In this document: piece by piece, positions 8,889 through 18,152 of the stretch
Layout of the letters: the number at the start of each line of letters is the position of its first letter
How positions within the stretch are numbered: position 1 is the stretch's first letter
IMG/VR virus record: IMGVR_UViG_3300043423_000188
Span: 1-39,704 of that record
Direction: 5' to 3' (one strand)
Source of the DNA: a virus
Taxonomy: Duplodnaviria; Caudoviricetes
Length of the DNA: 39,704 bases
Translations under genes and position numbers: made by a program
The notes under the pieces: model-generated
What the model was told of the DNA's origin: nothing
Databases searched by the model: none
Seen by the model: the letters and a program-made list of their open reading frames with translations, nothing else

Positions 8889-9248
8889 TCATCCCAATCG
8901 CGCCACATAACGCGCATAGTCCCCACCCTCGGGATTGACGTAGAGGTAGGGTCGTCCTGGTGCTTTGATCTCAACGCACAAAAATCCGCCACCTGTGCCG
9001 CCGCCTTTGCCTGCAAGCCAATCGCGTGACCTGAGGAGCGTTCGGCCAAAGCTGTCGAACTCATCAGCAGTCATCTCGCAGGTTGCAGTCACGAGCACCT
9101 TGTAGCTGCCGTAACCGCCCACTTCCTCGAGGCTGCAGAGCTTGCGCGCAAAGGGCAGCTCGATGCTGAGTTCCTCAACGTCAATTTTCTTACCCCCGAA
9201 GTCTATGGTGCAGGCTGTGCGCTCGATCGTGATGGTCATCGTGCTCAT
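8889..9248 (-). CDS. Conserved prophage hypothetical protein
   Basis: VEIKAPGRPYLYVNPEGGDYARYVA C-terminal motif; ATGA overlap with the upstream gene. Confidence 0.7.
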   Translation of the reverse strand: MSTMTITIERTACTIDFGGKKIDVEELSIELPFARKLCSLEEVGGYGSYKVLVTATCEMTADEFDSFGRTLLRSRDWLAGKGGGTGGGFLCVEIKAPGRPYLYVNPEGGDYARYVARLG

Positions 9249-9742
9249 GCTGCGACTCCTTCGCTGCTGATGCGATAAGTGCGCTCTTGGCCCGCTGCTT
9301 TGTCTGAGGTGATGGTGAGGCCCAGTTTCTTTTTCAGGGCTCCGGCCATTGCGCCACGCACGGTGTGTGCTTGCCAGCCGGTGGCTTCGATCAGTTGGTT
9401 CAAGGTTGCGCCATCGGGGCGCTTGAGCAACTCAATCATTTGAGCTTGCTTACTGTTTTCTCGTGTACGCGGTGTTTTGGGATTGGCTGGCGCAGCGTTG
9501 GTCTCCAACGCTGGCGCGTTGGTTGATCCCTTGCGTGGCACACCGATCGCGTCGTAGCCCTCGGCTGCAATGAACCAGTTGCTGGCGCTCTTGGTGATGA
9601 GTGTTCGGTTGAACAAACCGTCGAGCACTTTTTGGCGAGCTCCCCCTTTGATGTTTTCCGGGAACCATTCAATCTTGCCCGATGTGTGTTGGTATGCATG
9701 GGCAAGGATGGCTTGTTGGGTGGCTGTGAGTGTGGTGGTCAT
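9245..9742 (-). CDS. DUF3489 domain protein (winged-HTH-like)
   Basis: RENSKQAQMIELLKRPDGATLNQLIEATGWQAHTVRGAMAGALKKKLGL; AGGAG RBS. Confidence 0.85.
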   Translation of the reverse strand: MTTTLTATQQAILAHAYQHTSGKIEWFPENIKGGARQKVLDGLFNRTLITKSASNWFIAAEGYDAIGVPRKGSTNAPALETNAAPANPKTPRTRENSKQAQMIELLKRPDGATLNQLIEATGWQAHTVRGAMAGALKKKLGLTITSDKAAGQERTYRISSEGVAA

Positions 9743-9769
9743 GTGTTTCTCCTGTTGAGGTGGTTGGGG

Positions 9770-9973
9770 TTACTTCTTGACGTTGTGAATCTGGCTGGCG
9801 CGATCAAAGTCAACCCAGTGGCCTTCTCTGTCCAAACCGCGTGAGGCCAGCTCTTCCCGAGCTAAGCGGTTCAAGTCCAGCTCACCCTTGGCCGCTGCCG
9901 ACAAGGCTTTGATGCCAGCGATCTGGATAAAGCCCACCTCATCGAGGGTGAGGCCGTTAGTTGTGTAAGTCAT
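9770..9973 (-). CDS. Small prophage hypothetical protein (start uncertain, 9973 or 10000)
   Basis: KALSAAAKGELDLNRLAREELASRGLDREGHWV motif; co-oriented with the leftward cluster. Confidence 0.65.
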   Translation of the reverse strand: MTYTTNGLTLDEVGFIQIAGIKALSAAAKGELDLNRLAREELASRGLDREGHWVDFDRASQIHNVKK

Positions 9974-10043
9974 CGTTTCAATCGCCTTGGGGTTGTTCAT
10001 GTCTTTCATTCCGTTTTTCAAATAATTACTTGTGAGGTGCGTG

Positions 10044-10073
10044 ATGAACGCTTCTATTTCTGAATGAGTCAAG
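10044..10073 (-). promoter_or_regulatory. Repeated promoter-like motif, copy 1
   Basis: Minus strand CTTGA-N14-GAAGCGTTCAT upstream of the 9973 gene. Confidence 0.5.
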
Positions 10074-10110
10074 CGGCTTGTGAATCTCTTGCTTCAATTT
10101 TTGGTGCTCT

Positions 10111-10326
10111 TTAAGCCTTCTTTGTCTTCGCCTGCAAACCAGCCTGAACTCCTGCCTCAAATGCAGCCTTCAGCGCCGATTCAATCGCCCAAACCGAAAC
10201 GTCGTGAAAGTCCAAGCAGTCGCGGCTCTGTGTCTGCAGGGTCTCGACAAAAAAGTGCTTCAAAGCGATCTCCTCCAAAAGCGAAGAGGGCGCGGTGATC
10301 GCGTTGGCAGTGGTGTGGTGGTTCAT
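10111..10326 (-). CDS. DUF6900-like protein
   Basis: LLEEIALKHFFVETLQTQSRDCLDFHDVSVWAIESALKAAFEAG; GGAG RBS before MNHH. Confidence 0.75.
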   Translation of the reverse strand: MNHHTTANAITAPSSLLEEIALKHFFVETLQTQSRDCLDFHDVSVWAIESALKAAFEAGVQAGLQAKTKKA

Positions 10327-10371
10327 CAATCGCTCCAAAAAAGTTAATCAAATGCGTTAGCGCATGTACGT

Positions 10372-10401
10372 ATGAACGCTTCATTCGCAAACAAGATCAA
10401 G
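10372..10401 (-). promoter_or_regulatory. Repeated promoter-like motif, copy 2
   Basis: Minus strand CTTGA-N14-GAAGCGTTCAT upstream of the 10326 gene, same spacing as copy 1. Confidence 0.5.
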
Positions 10402-10497
10402 TTGTTCTTTAAGTCAGACTGAATCACTTGGACATGAGTGCGCACTGACACGCTTTAGTACGCTTATTCGCGCGCACGCACTCACAGGACCTCATTC

Positions 10498-11049
10498 ATG
10501 AGCCAAAACATGTCCATGCGCGCTTATGCGCGCTACCGTGGAATTTCTGATGGCGCTGTGCGCAAAGCCATCCATACCGGGCGCATCACTGCTAATCCCG
10601 ATGGATCCATTGATGTAGACAAGGCCAACGAGCAGTGGCGTCTGAACACGGATGCCTCGCAACAACGTGGCGAACATCGTCCCGTGCCCAATGAAGCGAT
10701 TGCCAGCGTTCGAGAAACGCTAGGTGACTCGTCAGGGGCGCAGGCCCCCTCAATGGGTGGCACCACCTTGCTGCAAGCGAGAACAGCGAATGAAGTGCTC
10801 AAAGCGCAAACCAACAAGGTGCGCTTAGCACGCCTTAAAGGCGACTTGGTGGACCGAGCGCAAGCCGTGGCCCATGTCTACAAATTAGCGCGCACACAGC
10901 GCGATGCGTGGCTGAACTGGCCCGCTCGTGTCTCTGCACAGCTAGCGTCTGACTTGAACGTCGATGCTCACCAAATGCACCAGATCTTGGAAAAGGCGGT
11001 GCGTGAGCATTTGCAGGATCTGGGAGAGATGGCGGTGCGAATCGATTGA
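10498..11049 (+). CDS. Terminase small subunit (Nu1-like)
   Basis: N-terminal HTH MSMRAYARYRGISDGAVRKAI, coiled-coil RLARLKGDLVDR; immediately upstream of the large subunit. Confidence 0.8.
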   Translation: MSQNMSMRAYARYRGISDGAVRKAIHTGRITANPDGSIDVDKANEQWRLNTDASQQRGEHRPVPNEAIASVRETLGDSSGAQAPSMGGTTLLQARTANEVLKAQTNKVRLARLKGDLVDRAQAVAHVYKLARTQRDAWLNWPARVSAQLASDLNVDAHQMHQILEKAVREHLQDLGEMAVRID

Positions 11050-11060
11050 GGAGCACCAAT

Positions 11061-13205
11061 GTGTTTGACCATTACGACGGAATTGACGCGATCGCTGAGG
11101 CGTGGCGCGAGGGGCTCACCCCTGATCCACTCTTATGCGTTTCTGAATGGGCGGATCAATACCGCTTCTTGTCGGGTAAATCTGCCTCTGAGCCTGGCCG
11201 CTGGCGCACAAGCCGCACGCCATATCTCAAAGAGATCATGGACTGCCTTTCACCCAGCTCACCAGTTGAGCGTGTAGTGTTCATGAAAGGTGCCCAAGTT
11301 GGCGGTACCGAGTGCGGCAACAACTGGATTGGCTATGTGATCCACATGGCACCAGGCCCGATGATGGCTGTGGCTCCCACGGTGGAGATGGCCAAGCGAA
11401 ACTCTAAGCAGCGTATTGATCCGCTCATTGAAGAGAGCGAAACGCTCTCGACGTTGATCTCGCCTGCGCGTGCTCGTGATTCGGGCAACACCATCCTCAC
11501 CAAAGAGTTCCGAGGCGGGGTGTTGGTTCTCACAGGTGCCAACAGCGCGGTTGGCCTGCGCTCCATGCCTGTGCGTTACCTCTTTTTGGATGAGGTGGAT
11601 GGCTATCCGGGTGACGTGGAAGGTGAGGGTGACGCCATCTCGCTGGCGGAAGCTCGTACTCGTACGTTTGCCCGACGCAAGATTTTGATTGTCTCGACCC
11701 CGACCATCTCAGGTGCCTCGCGCATCGAGCGGGAGTTTGAACAATCAGACCAGCGTCACTTCATGGTGCCGTGCCCCCACTGTGGGCATGAGCAACGCTT
11801 GCAGTTTGAGCGCTTGATTTGGGAAAAGGGCCAACCGGAGTCCGTGCGCTACCTCTGCACAGGATGTGAGGAGCCCATCTATGAGCACGCCAAGACCCAG
11901 ATGCTCGAGCAGGGCCGTTGGGTGGCGACTGTTCCGGGTAATGGGCGAACCGCTGGTTTTCATCTGTCTAGTCTGTACAGCCCGGTGGGCTGGCGCAGCT
12001 GGGTAGAGATTGCCCAAGCGTGGGAGCTGTCGCAAGGCTCAGCCACGGCACTCAAGGCTTTTAAGAATACCGAGCTGGGTGAGACTTGGGTCGAGCAAGG
12101 CGAAACCCCTGAGTGGGAGCGTTTGCTTGAACGGCGAGAGTCTTATCGCATCGGCACTGTGCCGCATGGTGGTTTGCTGCTTGCCGGTGGCGTGGACATT
12201 CAAAAAGACCGTATCGAAGTCTCCATCTGGGCGTTTGGACGCGAGAAGCGTTCATGGTTGGTGGAGCACCGGGTGTTGGAGGGCGATACATCGCGAGACG
12301 ATGTGTGGCTGCGCTTAGGGCTCATGCTGCAAGAGAGCTGGACCCACATCAGTGGTGTGCCAATGCGCTTGGTCCGCATGGGACTGGATACGGGCTATGC
12401 CACACAAGAGGCATATGCCTTTGTCCGCCGTCAGCACGACCCACGGCTCTTGCCCATGAAGGGTGTGGCCCGTGGCGCTGCATTGGTCGGTTTGCCCACA
12501 GCCGTGGACATGACCACCAACGGCAAACGACTGCGACGAGGCCTGCGTGTCTACGCAGTGGTGGGCGGTATTGCCAAGCTGGAATTCTTCAACAACCTGC
12601 GTAAAACGATCGACATCACCGAAGACGGCGAGATCATCTTTCCCAACGGCTATGTCCATTTGCCGCAGGTTGATGCGGAATATGTCCAGCAGCTCTGTTC
12701 AGAGCAACTCGTGACAAGGCGCGACCGCAATGGTTTTTCGTTTCGCGAATGGCAAAAGGTGCGAGAGCGCAACGAGGCCTTGGACTGTTACGTGTACGCG
12801 CGTGCAGCAGCAAGCCTTGCAGGCTTAGATCGTTTTGAGGAGCGCCACTGGCTAGAGCTGGAACGCCAATTGGGTATCCCGCTCAGTGCAGAACCTCCTG
12901 AGTTGCGCATGGACGGGTTGTTCCCTGTACGACCAGGCTTTGAAACCCCGGAGTTCTTGCAAGGTGTTCAAGGCGTGCGTCCGCCCAACGATGACCTAGA
13001 TGTGGACTTTGTGGAAGCAGAGCCCAAGGTCGAAATTCATGATGAGGTGGATGACCCGCCAGAGGACGTGTCGTGGCGCAGTCCGACTGTCTTGCCAAAC
13101 CCTCCAAGTGTCCAACCCCTTCCAGCCACCCCATCGGGTGGCTTTTTTATGAACAAAGTCCCCCAGCGTGGCAGGAGGGTCATTCGCAGTAACTGGATGA
13201 AGTGA
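11061..13205 (+). CDS. Terminase large subunit, lambda GpA family
   Basis: RTPYLKEIMD, Walker A-like MKGAQVGGTE, Walker B YLFLDEVD, CPHC..CTGC zinc motif, GVDIQ nuclease motif, RNEALDC; GAGGAG RBS then GTG at 11061. Confidence 0.95.
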   Translation: MFDHYDGIDAIAEAWREGLTPDPLLCVSEWADQYRFLSGKSASEPGRWRTSRTPYLKEIMDCLSPSSPVERVVFMKGAQVGGTECGNNWIGYVIHMAPGPMMAVAPTVEMAKRNSKQRIDPLIEESETLSTLISPARARDSGNTILTKEFRGGVLVLTGANSAVGLRSMPVRYLFLDEVDGYPGDVEGEGDAISLAEARTRTFARRKILIVSTPTISGASRIEREFEQSDQRHFMVPCPHCGHEQRLQFERLIWEKGQPESVRYLCTGCEEPIYEHAKTQMLEQGRWVATVPGNGRTAGFHLSSLYSPVGWRSWVEIAQAWELSQGSATALKAFKNTELGETWVEQGETPEWERLLERRESYRIGTVPHGGLLLAGGVDIQKDRIEVSIWAFGREKRSWLVEHRVLEGDTSRDDVWLRLGLMLQESWTHISGVPMRLVRMGLDTGYATQEAYAFVRRQHDPRLLPMKGVARGAALVGLPTAVDMTTNGKRLRRGLRVYAVVGGIAKLEFFNNLRKTIDITEDGEIIFPNGYVHLPQVDAEYVQQLCSEQLVTRRDRNGFSFREWQKVRERNEALDCYVYARAAASLAGLDRFEERHWLELERQLGIPLSAEPPELRMDGLFPVRPGFETPEFLQGVQGVRPPNDDLDVDFVEAEPKVEIHDEVDDPPEDVSWRSPTVLPNPPSVQPLPATPSGGFFMNKVPQRGRRVIRSNWMK
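13124..13148 (+). terminator. Terminator-like hairpin inside the 3' end of the large terminase gene
   Basis: AGCCACCC-CATC-GGGTGGCT followed by TTTTT. Confidence 0.5.
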
Positions 13206-13414
13206 TGACGAGCTATACCGAACAACACCTTCAGGCTTTGCGAGAGGCCTTGGCCAGTGGCGAACACCGCGTGACGTATGACGGCAAGAGCGTCGAGTAT
13301 CGAAGCGTGGTGGATCTCAAAGCTGCCATTGCTGAAGTGGAGTCTCAGATCGCCCGTGCGGCAGGTAGACGCAAGTCTCGCCAGATTCGCATCTCAACAT
13401 CCAAGGGGTTTTGA
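13205..13414 (+). CDS. Head-to-tail joining protein, gpW-like
   Basis: LREALASGEHRVTYDGKSVEYRSVVDLKAAI; lies between terminase and portal. Confidence 0.88.
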   Translation: MTSYTEQHLQALREALASGEHRVTYDGKSVEYRSVVDLKAAIAEVESQIARAAGRRKSRQIRISTSKGF

Positions 13415-14931
13415 TGGGTTGGATCAACACAATCAAACGCCGGATGTTTGGCAACACGCCGGTTTATGACGGAGCGGGGATGGGGCGGCGCGCCCTGAAA
13501 TGGAATCCCGGTAACCCGGGTGCTGTCTCAGCGCTGGCGCTCACCCAAGACCAATTGCGCACCAAGAGCCGTGACCTTGTGCGTCGCAACGCGTGGGCCG
13601 CTGCAGGCATTGATGCCTTTGTGGCCAACGCCATTGGCACAGGCATCAAGCCGCAAAGCATGATTCAAGACCAACCCCAACGTGAGGCGGTTCATGCCTT
13701 GTGGTGGAGCTGGTGTGAAGACGCTGATGCAGCAGGGCTCACAGACTTCTATGGCATTCAGGGCTTAGCCACCCGGGCCATGCTCGAAGGCGGCGAATCG
13801 TTTGTGCGCATGCGCTACCGAAGGGCAGAAGACAACTTGTCTGTTGCGTTTCAGCTCCAAGTGCTCGAAGCAGAGCATTTGCCCATCAGCTTGAATCAGG
13901 ACTTGCCAAACGGCAACGTGGTTCGAGCTGGGATTGAGTTTGATCTTTTAGGCAGGCGTGTGGCGTATCACCTGTACCGAACTCATCCCAATGACGGAAT
14001 GCTGGCGCCTATGTCTGGCGCATCTGGGGCGGGAAGCCTCGATCTGGTTCGAGTTGACGCGACTGAAATTGTGCATTTGTATCGACCACTTCGACCAGGA
14101 CAGATTCGGGGTGAGCCATGGCTTGCCAGAGCGTTGGTCAAGCTCAATGAGCTAGACCAGTATGACGATGCCGAGTTGGTGCGAAAGAAGACAGCAGCGA
14201 TGTTTGCTGGCTTCATCACCCGCATGGCTCCTGAGGACAACCTCATGGGCGAAGGCGATACCGATGAAAGCGGTGTGGCCCTTGCAGGTATGGAGCCGGG
14301 AACGCTTCAGATCTTGGAGCCTGGTGAGGACATCAAGTTCTCTGCGCCAGCCGATGTGGGTTCGAGCTATGCCGAGTTCATGCGTCAGCAGTTCAGAGCG
14401 GTGGCCGCTGCCATGGGCATCACGTTTGAGATGCTCACGGGCGACTTGACCCAAGTGAACTACTCATCCATCCGGGCGGGCTTGTTGGAGTTTCGACGAC
14501 GGTGTGAGACCTTGCAGCATGGTGTGATCGTGCATCAGTTGTGTCGCCCAATCTGGCGCGCATGGATGCAGCAAGCTGTGATCGAGGGCAAGCTTGATTT
14601 GCCGAACTACCGCACCAAAGCTCGGGAGTATCAAGCGGCCAAGTGGATTCCACAGGGTTGGCAATGGGTGGATCCCGAGAAAGAGTTCAAGGCCATGCAG
14701 CTGGCGATTCGCTCTGGTTTGATGAGCCGCTCAGAAGCTATTTCATCCTACGGCTACGACGCAGAGTCCATTGATCGGGAGATCGCCGCAGACAACGCAC
14801 GCGCCGATTCGTTAGGTCTGGTGCTCGACACCGACCCGCGCTTAGTCGCACGCAATGGAGCCACAAACCAAGCGGCTCCCTCACACCCACCGGACGTGGC
14901 AGACCCGCCGCTGGTGGACCAAGAAACCTAG
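13414..14931 (+). CDS. Portal protein, lambda family
   Basis: LRTKSRDLVRRN, RPGQIRGEPWL, LTGDLTQVNYSSIRAGLLEF, WVDPEKE motifs. Confidence 0.95.
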   Translation: MGWINTIKRRMFGNTPVYDGAGMGRRALKWNPGNPGAVSALALTQDQLRTKSRDLVRRNAWAAAGIDAFVANAIGTGIKPQSMIQDQPQREAVHALWWSWCEDADAAGLTDFYGIQGLATRAMLEGGESFVRMRYRRAEDNLSVAFQLQVLEAEHLPISLNQDLPNGNVVRAGIEFDLLGRRVAYHLYRTHPNDGMLAPMSGASGAGSLDLVRVDATEIVHLYRPLRPGQIRGEPWLARALVKLNELDQYDDAELVRKKTAAMFAGFITRMAPEDNLMGEGDTDESGVALAGMEPGTLQILEPGEDIKFSAPADVGSSYAEFMRQQFRAVAAAMGITFEMLTGDLTQVNYSSIRAGLLEFRRRCETLQHGVIVHQLCRPIWRAWMQQAVIEGKLDLPNYRTKAREYQAAKWIPQGWQWVDPEKEFKAMQLAIRSGLMSRSEAISSYGYDAESIDREIAADNARADSLGLVLDTDPRLVARNGATNQAAPSHPPDVADPPLVDQET

Positions 14932-14962
14932 ACACGGTTTTATCTCTTAACTCAGAGGTCCT

Positions 14963-16423
14963 ATGACAAATCTTCCGACGATGCCGTATCTGGCTTCGCG
15001 GGTTTTTGGCACGCCTTTGCTCATTCATCCCCGCAAGCTTGAGGTCATCCTCTCGGTGGTGGGGCCACGCATGGGCATGGTCGTTCCAGAAACCTCAGCG
15101 CACCAGCTGGCGCAAATCACTCCACCTGAGCGCGTGATGCGCTCAGATCTGCAAACCCCCAATATTGCAGTCATCAGCATCCTTGGGACGCTGGTGCGGC
15201 GCACGGGAGCCATGGACGCTGCTTCGGGGTTGACCAGCTACGCCTCCATCAGCGCACAAATCGATGCAGCGATCAACGACCCCAATGTGGATGCTGTTCT
15301 GCTTGATATCGACTCTCCCGGTGGCGAAGCGGGTGGGGCTTTTGATCTGGCAGACGAGATCGTGAGCGCGCGAAGCACCAAGCCCATCTGGGCGGTGGCC
15401 AACGACGATGCGTTCTCTGCTGCGTACGCAATCGCCTGTAGTGCGGAGCGCATCTATCTGACACGAACAGGTGGTGTGGGCTCGATTGGGGTGATTGCGC
15501 TTCACGTGGATCAAACCCAGCGCGATGCGCTCGATGGCTATCGATACACGGCCATTTACGCAGGTGACCGAAAAAACGACTTGTCACCACATCTGCCGCT
15601 CTCCAACGAAGCATCGACCGCGCTTCAAACAGAGGTGGATCGGCTCTACGAAATGTTTGTCACAACGGTAGCCACCAACCGAGGGTTGGATGCGCAAGCC
15701 GTTGGAGACACACAGGCGGGACTTTTTTACGCGGGTGACGCCATTGAGGCTGGGTTTGCAGATGCCATTGGCACAGCAGATGACGCCTTGCGCGCGTTGG
15801 CTATGGAGGTTCAACAACGCAAATCTGCCATCGCGCGATCGTTTGGATCGGGGCGCGAGATGGAAGTCTCACAACCCGATCCAGTTCTTTCTAAGGAGAA
15901 ATTGATGTCGCAAACATCGACGCAGCCATCTGGCCCGCCTGCAACCACCGCTTCGACAGAAGCTGTCCCTGTCACTTCCACTGGTGTGGTTCCTGAGGAT
16001 GCGACTCCCCAAGATGCTCATCAAAGCCCGCATCAAGAGGTAGTGCCACCTGCTGGCGCTGCTGAATCAAATGAAGAGCTCCCTGAAGTGGCTCAGCCCG
16101 CTGCAGCATCCGTATCTGCAGCGGCTGCCAGTCATGACATTCGTAAAGCGAGTGCCAACGTGCTCGCTGTAGCTGAGATGTGTTTGCTGGCAGGCAAATC
16201 AGACATGACGTTTTCTGCACTCGAGCGCGGTTTGAGTGTGGAGCAAGTGCGAACTGAATTGCTGGCCGCCAAAGCTGATGCGAGTCCTGAGATCCGCTCA
16301 CACATCATGCCGCAGGCCGGTACCCAAGCGACGGCCAAGCCAGAAGTGAGTCCTGTGGTGCTTGCGGCACAACAGCGCGCTCAAAAGCTCGCCGCCAATC
16401 GTCCTTCTTACAAATCCAACTAG
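14963..16423 (+). CDS. Head maturation protease, S49 family (lambda gpC-like) with C-terminal scaffold region
   Basis: LDIDSPGGE, AFSAAYAIA, GVGSIGV motifs; low-complexity linker then helical C-terminal domain. Confidence 0.92.
   Translation: MTNLPTMPYLASRVFGTPLLIHPRKLEVILSVVGPRMGMVVPETSAHQLAQITPPERVMRSDLQTPNIAVISILGTLVRRTGAMDAASGLTSYASISAQIDAAINDPNVDAVLLDIDSPGGEAGGAFDLADEIVSARSTKPIWAVANDDAFSAAYAIACSAERIYLTRTGGVGSIGVIALHVDQTQRDALDGYRYTAIYAGDRKNDLSPHLPLSNEASTALQTEVDRLYEMFVTTVATNRGLDAQAVGDTQAGLFYAGDAIEAGFADAIGTADDALRALAMEVQQRKSAIARSFGSGREMEVSQPDPVLSKEKLMSQTSTQPSGPPATTASTEAVPVTSTGVVPEDATPQDAHQSPHQEVVPPAGAAESNEELPEVAQPAAASVSAAAASHDIRKASANVLAVAEMCLLAGKSDMTFSALERGLSVEQVRTELLAAKADASPEIRSHIMPQAGTQATAKPEVSPVVLAAQQRAQKLAANRPSYKSN
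15905..16423 (+). CDS. Putative in-frame internal scaffolding protein (Nu3-like)
   Basis: AAGGAG at 15893-15898 followed by an in-frame ATG at 15905. Confidence 0.6.
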   Translation: MSQTSTQPSGPPATTASTEAVPVTSTGVVPEDATPQDAHQSPHQEVVPPAGAAESNEELPEVAQPAAASVSAAAASHDIRKASANVLAVAEMCLLAGKSDMTFSALERGLSVEQVRTELLAAKADASPEIRSHIMPQAGTQATAKPEVSPVVLAAQQRAQKLAANRPSYKSN

Positions 16424-16432
16424 GAGTTTTAA

Positions 16433-16810
16433 ATGTCAGTTCTCGTCAATGAGTTGACCTTGGGCGATTTGCTCAAGTATGAGGAAGAGTCCCTCTATTC
16501 CCGCGACCAAGTCACAGTCGCTGCAGGCCAGAACTTGCGCATCGGTACGGTCCTTGGCCGTGTAGATGCTAACGGCAAGGTCAAAGCGCTTGATCCTGCT
16601 GCCACCGATGGCACGCAAATCGCCACAGCAGTTTTGTTGCAGTCCGTAGATGCCACAACGGGTGACAAATTCAGCGGTATCGCGGTAACCCGTCAGTCCA
16701 TCGTTGCGCACCACGCACTCGTGTGGCCCGCAGCCATCACCGCCGAAGAAAAAGCGACTGCCACTGCGCAGCTCGAAGCCGTCGGCATTCTCGTTCGTCA
16801 AGGAGTCTAA
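16433..16810 (+). CDS. Head decoration protein (gpD-like)
   Basis: YSRDQVTVAAGQNLRIGTVLG...DGTQIATAVL; lies before the capsid gene; AGGAG RBS. Confidence 0.88.
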   Translation: MSVLVNELTLGDLLKYEEESLYSRDQVTVAAGQNLRIGTVLGRVDANGKVKALDPAATDGTQIATAVLLQSVDATTGDKFSGIAVTRQSIVAHHALVWPAAITAEEKATATAQLEAVGILVRQGV

Positions 16811-16813
16811 GCA

Positions 16814-17818
16814 ATGAACAATCCTTTCCAGTCCCCCGCGTTTTCGATGACCGCATTGACCGCCGCGATCAACATCTTGCCTAACCAGTTTGGCAAGATT
16901 GAACAGATCAACCTCATGCCTGCCAAGCCTGTGCGTTTTCGCCAGATTGCCATTGAAGAACGTGATGGCGTGTTGAACCTCTTGCCCACATTGCCTGTGG
17001 GTGCCCCCGGCACTGTCGGACAGCGCAGCCGCCGCAAGTTGCGCTCGTTCATGATTCCTCACATCCCACACGACGATGTGGTGTTGCCTGAGGAGATTCA
17101 AGGTCTTCGCGCTTTTGGCTCTGAGACAGACACCGAGACCGTGGCCAACGTGATGACTGATCACTTGCAGTCCATGCGCAACAAGCATGCGATCACTTTG
17201 GAGCACTTGCGTATGGGTGCTCTCAAAGGTGTGATCTTGGATGCAGATGGTTCCGTGCTGTATGACCTTTTTGAAGAGTTCCAGATCACGCCTGCCGTGT
17301 TCAATTTCGAGCTGAACAAGAAGGACACGGACGTTAAGAAGAAGTGCTTGGACTTGAAGCGTTACTTTGAGCTCAACCTCAAAGGCGAGTACATGACCAA
17401 TGTGCGTGTGCTGGTGTCTTCGGACTTCTTCGATGCGCTGACCAGTCATCCCAATGTCATCCGTGCTTACCAGCTTACGCAAGAAAGCGCGATGTTGCGC
17501 ACCGACCAACGCTCGGGCTTCACCTTTGCGGGTGTGACCTTTGAAGAGTACTTGGGCCAAGCCACAGACATGGCTGGCAATCTGCGCCGCTTCATTGAAC
17601 CCGGTGAAGGTCAAGCGTTCCCTGAGGGCACGCTCGATACGTTTGCCACGTACTTTGCGCCTGCAGACTTCAACGAGACGGTCAATACTTTAGGCCAGCC
17701 CTTGTATGCCAAGCAAGAACCCCGTGACTTTGGTCGCGGCACGGACTTGCACACGCAAAGCAATCCGCTGCCCATGTGCCACCGTCCGAGCTTGTTGGTC
17801 AAAGTCGTCGCAAGCTGA
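16814..17818 (+). CDS. Major capsid protein, lambda E family
   Basis: FSMTALTAAINILP, TLEHLRMGALKG, QSNPLPMCHRP motifs; 334 aa. Confidence 0.93.
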   Translation: MNNPFQSPAFSMTALTAAINILPNQFGKIEQINLMPAKPVRFRQIAIEERDGVLNLLPTLPVGAPGTVGQRSRRKLRSFMIPHIPHDDVVLPEEIQGLRAFGSETDTETVANVMTDHLQSMRNKHAITLEHLRMGALKGVILDADGSVLYDLFEEFQITPAVFNFELNKKDTDVKKKCLDLKRYFELNLKGEYMTNVRVLVSSDFFDALTSHPNVIRAYQLTQESAMLRTDQRSGFTFAGVTFEEYLGQATDMAGNLRRFIEPGEGQAFPEGTLDTFATYFAPADFNETVNTLGQPLYAKQEPRDFGRGTDLHTQSNPLPMCHRPSLLVKVVAS

Positions 17819-17829
17819 GGGGTTAGCCG

Positions 17830-18150
17830 ATGAGTCGAGATCCTTTCGTTCAGCTCATCTCTCGGTTGTTTCTTCGCTTGGGGACTCCCGCTGTGTACAC
17901 CACACAAGCGGGGGTCTCCCTCAACGTGCGGGTGATCACCAAAGCGCCAGATACGGTCCAAGACTTCGGTCAAACCCATCTGGTGGTCGACACCCAGCGT
18001 TTTGAGTTGATGGCATTAGAGGTCAAACAGCCGAGAGATGGCGATCGATTGGTTCTTGGGGGCGTGCGCTACGTGCTTCACGGTGAGGCACTCATTGATC
18101 GTGATGGACTCGTTTGGACGGTGAGTGCCTCAATCTGGCCGGAGGGGTAA
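17830..18150 (+). CDS. Head-tail joining/closure protein (gpFII-like)
   Basis: Position after the capsid gene; beta-rich 106 aa with PRDGDRLVLGGVRY. Confidence 0.7.
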   Translation: MSRDPFVQLISRLFLRLGTPAVYTTQAGVSLNVRVITKAPDTVQDFGQTHLVVDTQRFELMALEVKQPRDGDRLVLGGVRYVLHGEALIDRDGLVWTVSASIWPEG

Positions 18151-18152
18151 TC

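Noticed and set aside
16436-17614. 392-aa minus-strand ORF
   Set aside because: Antisense shadow of the decoration and major capsid genes, with no motifs
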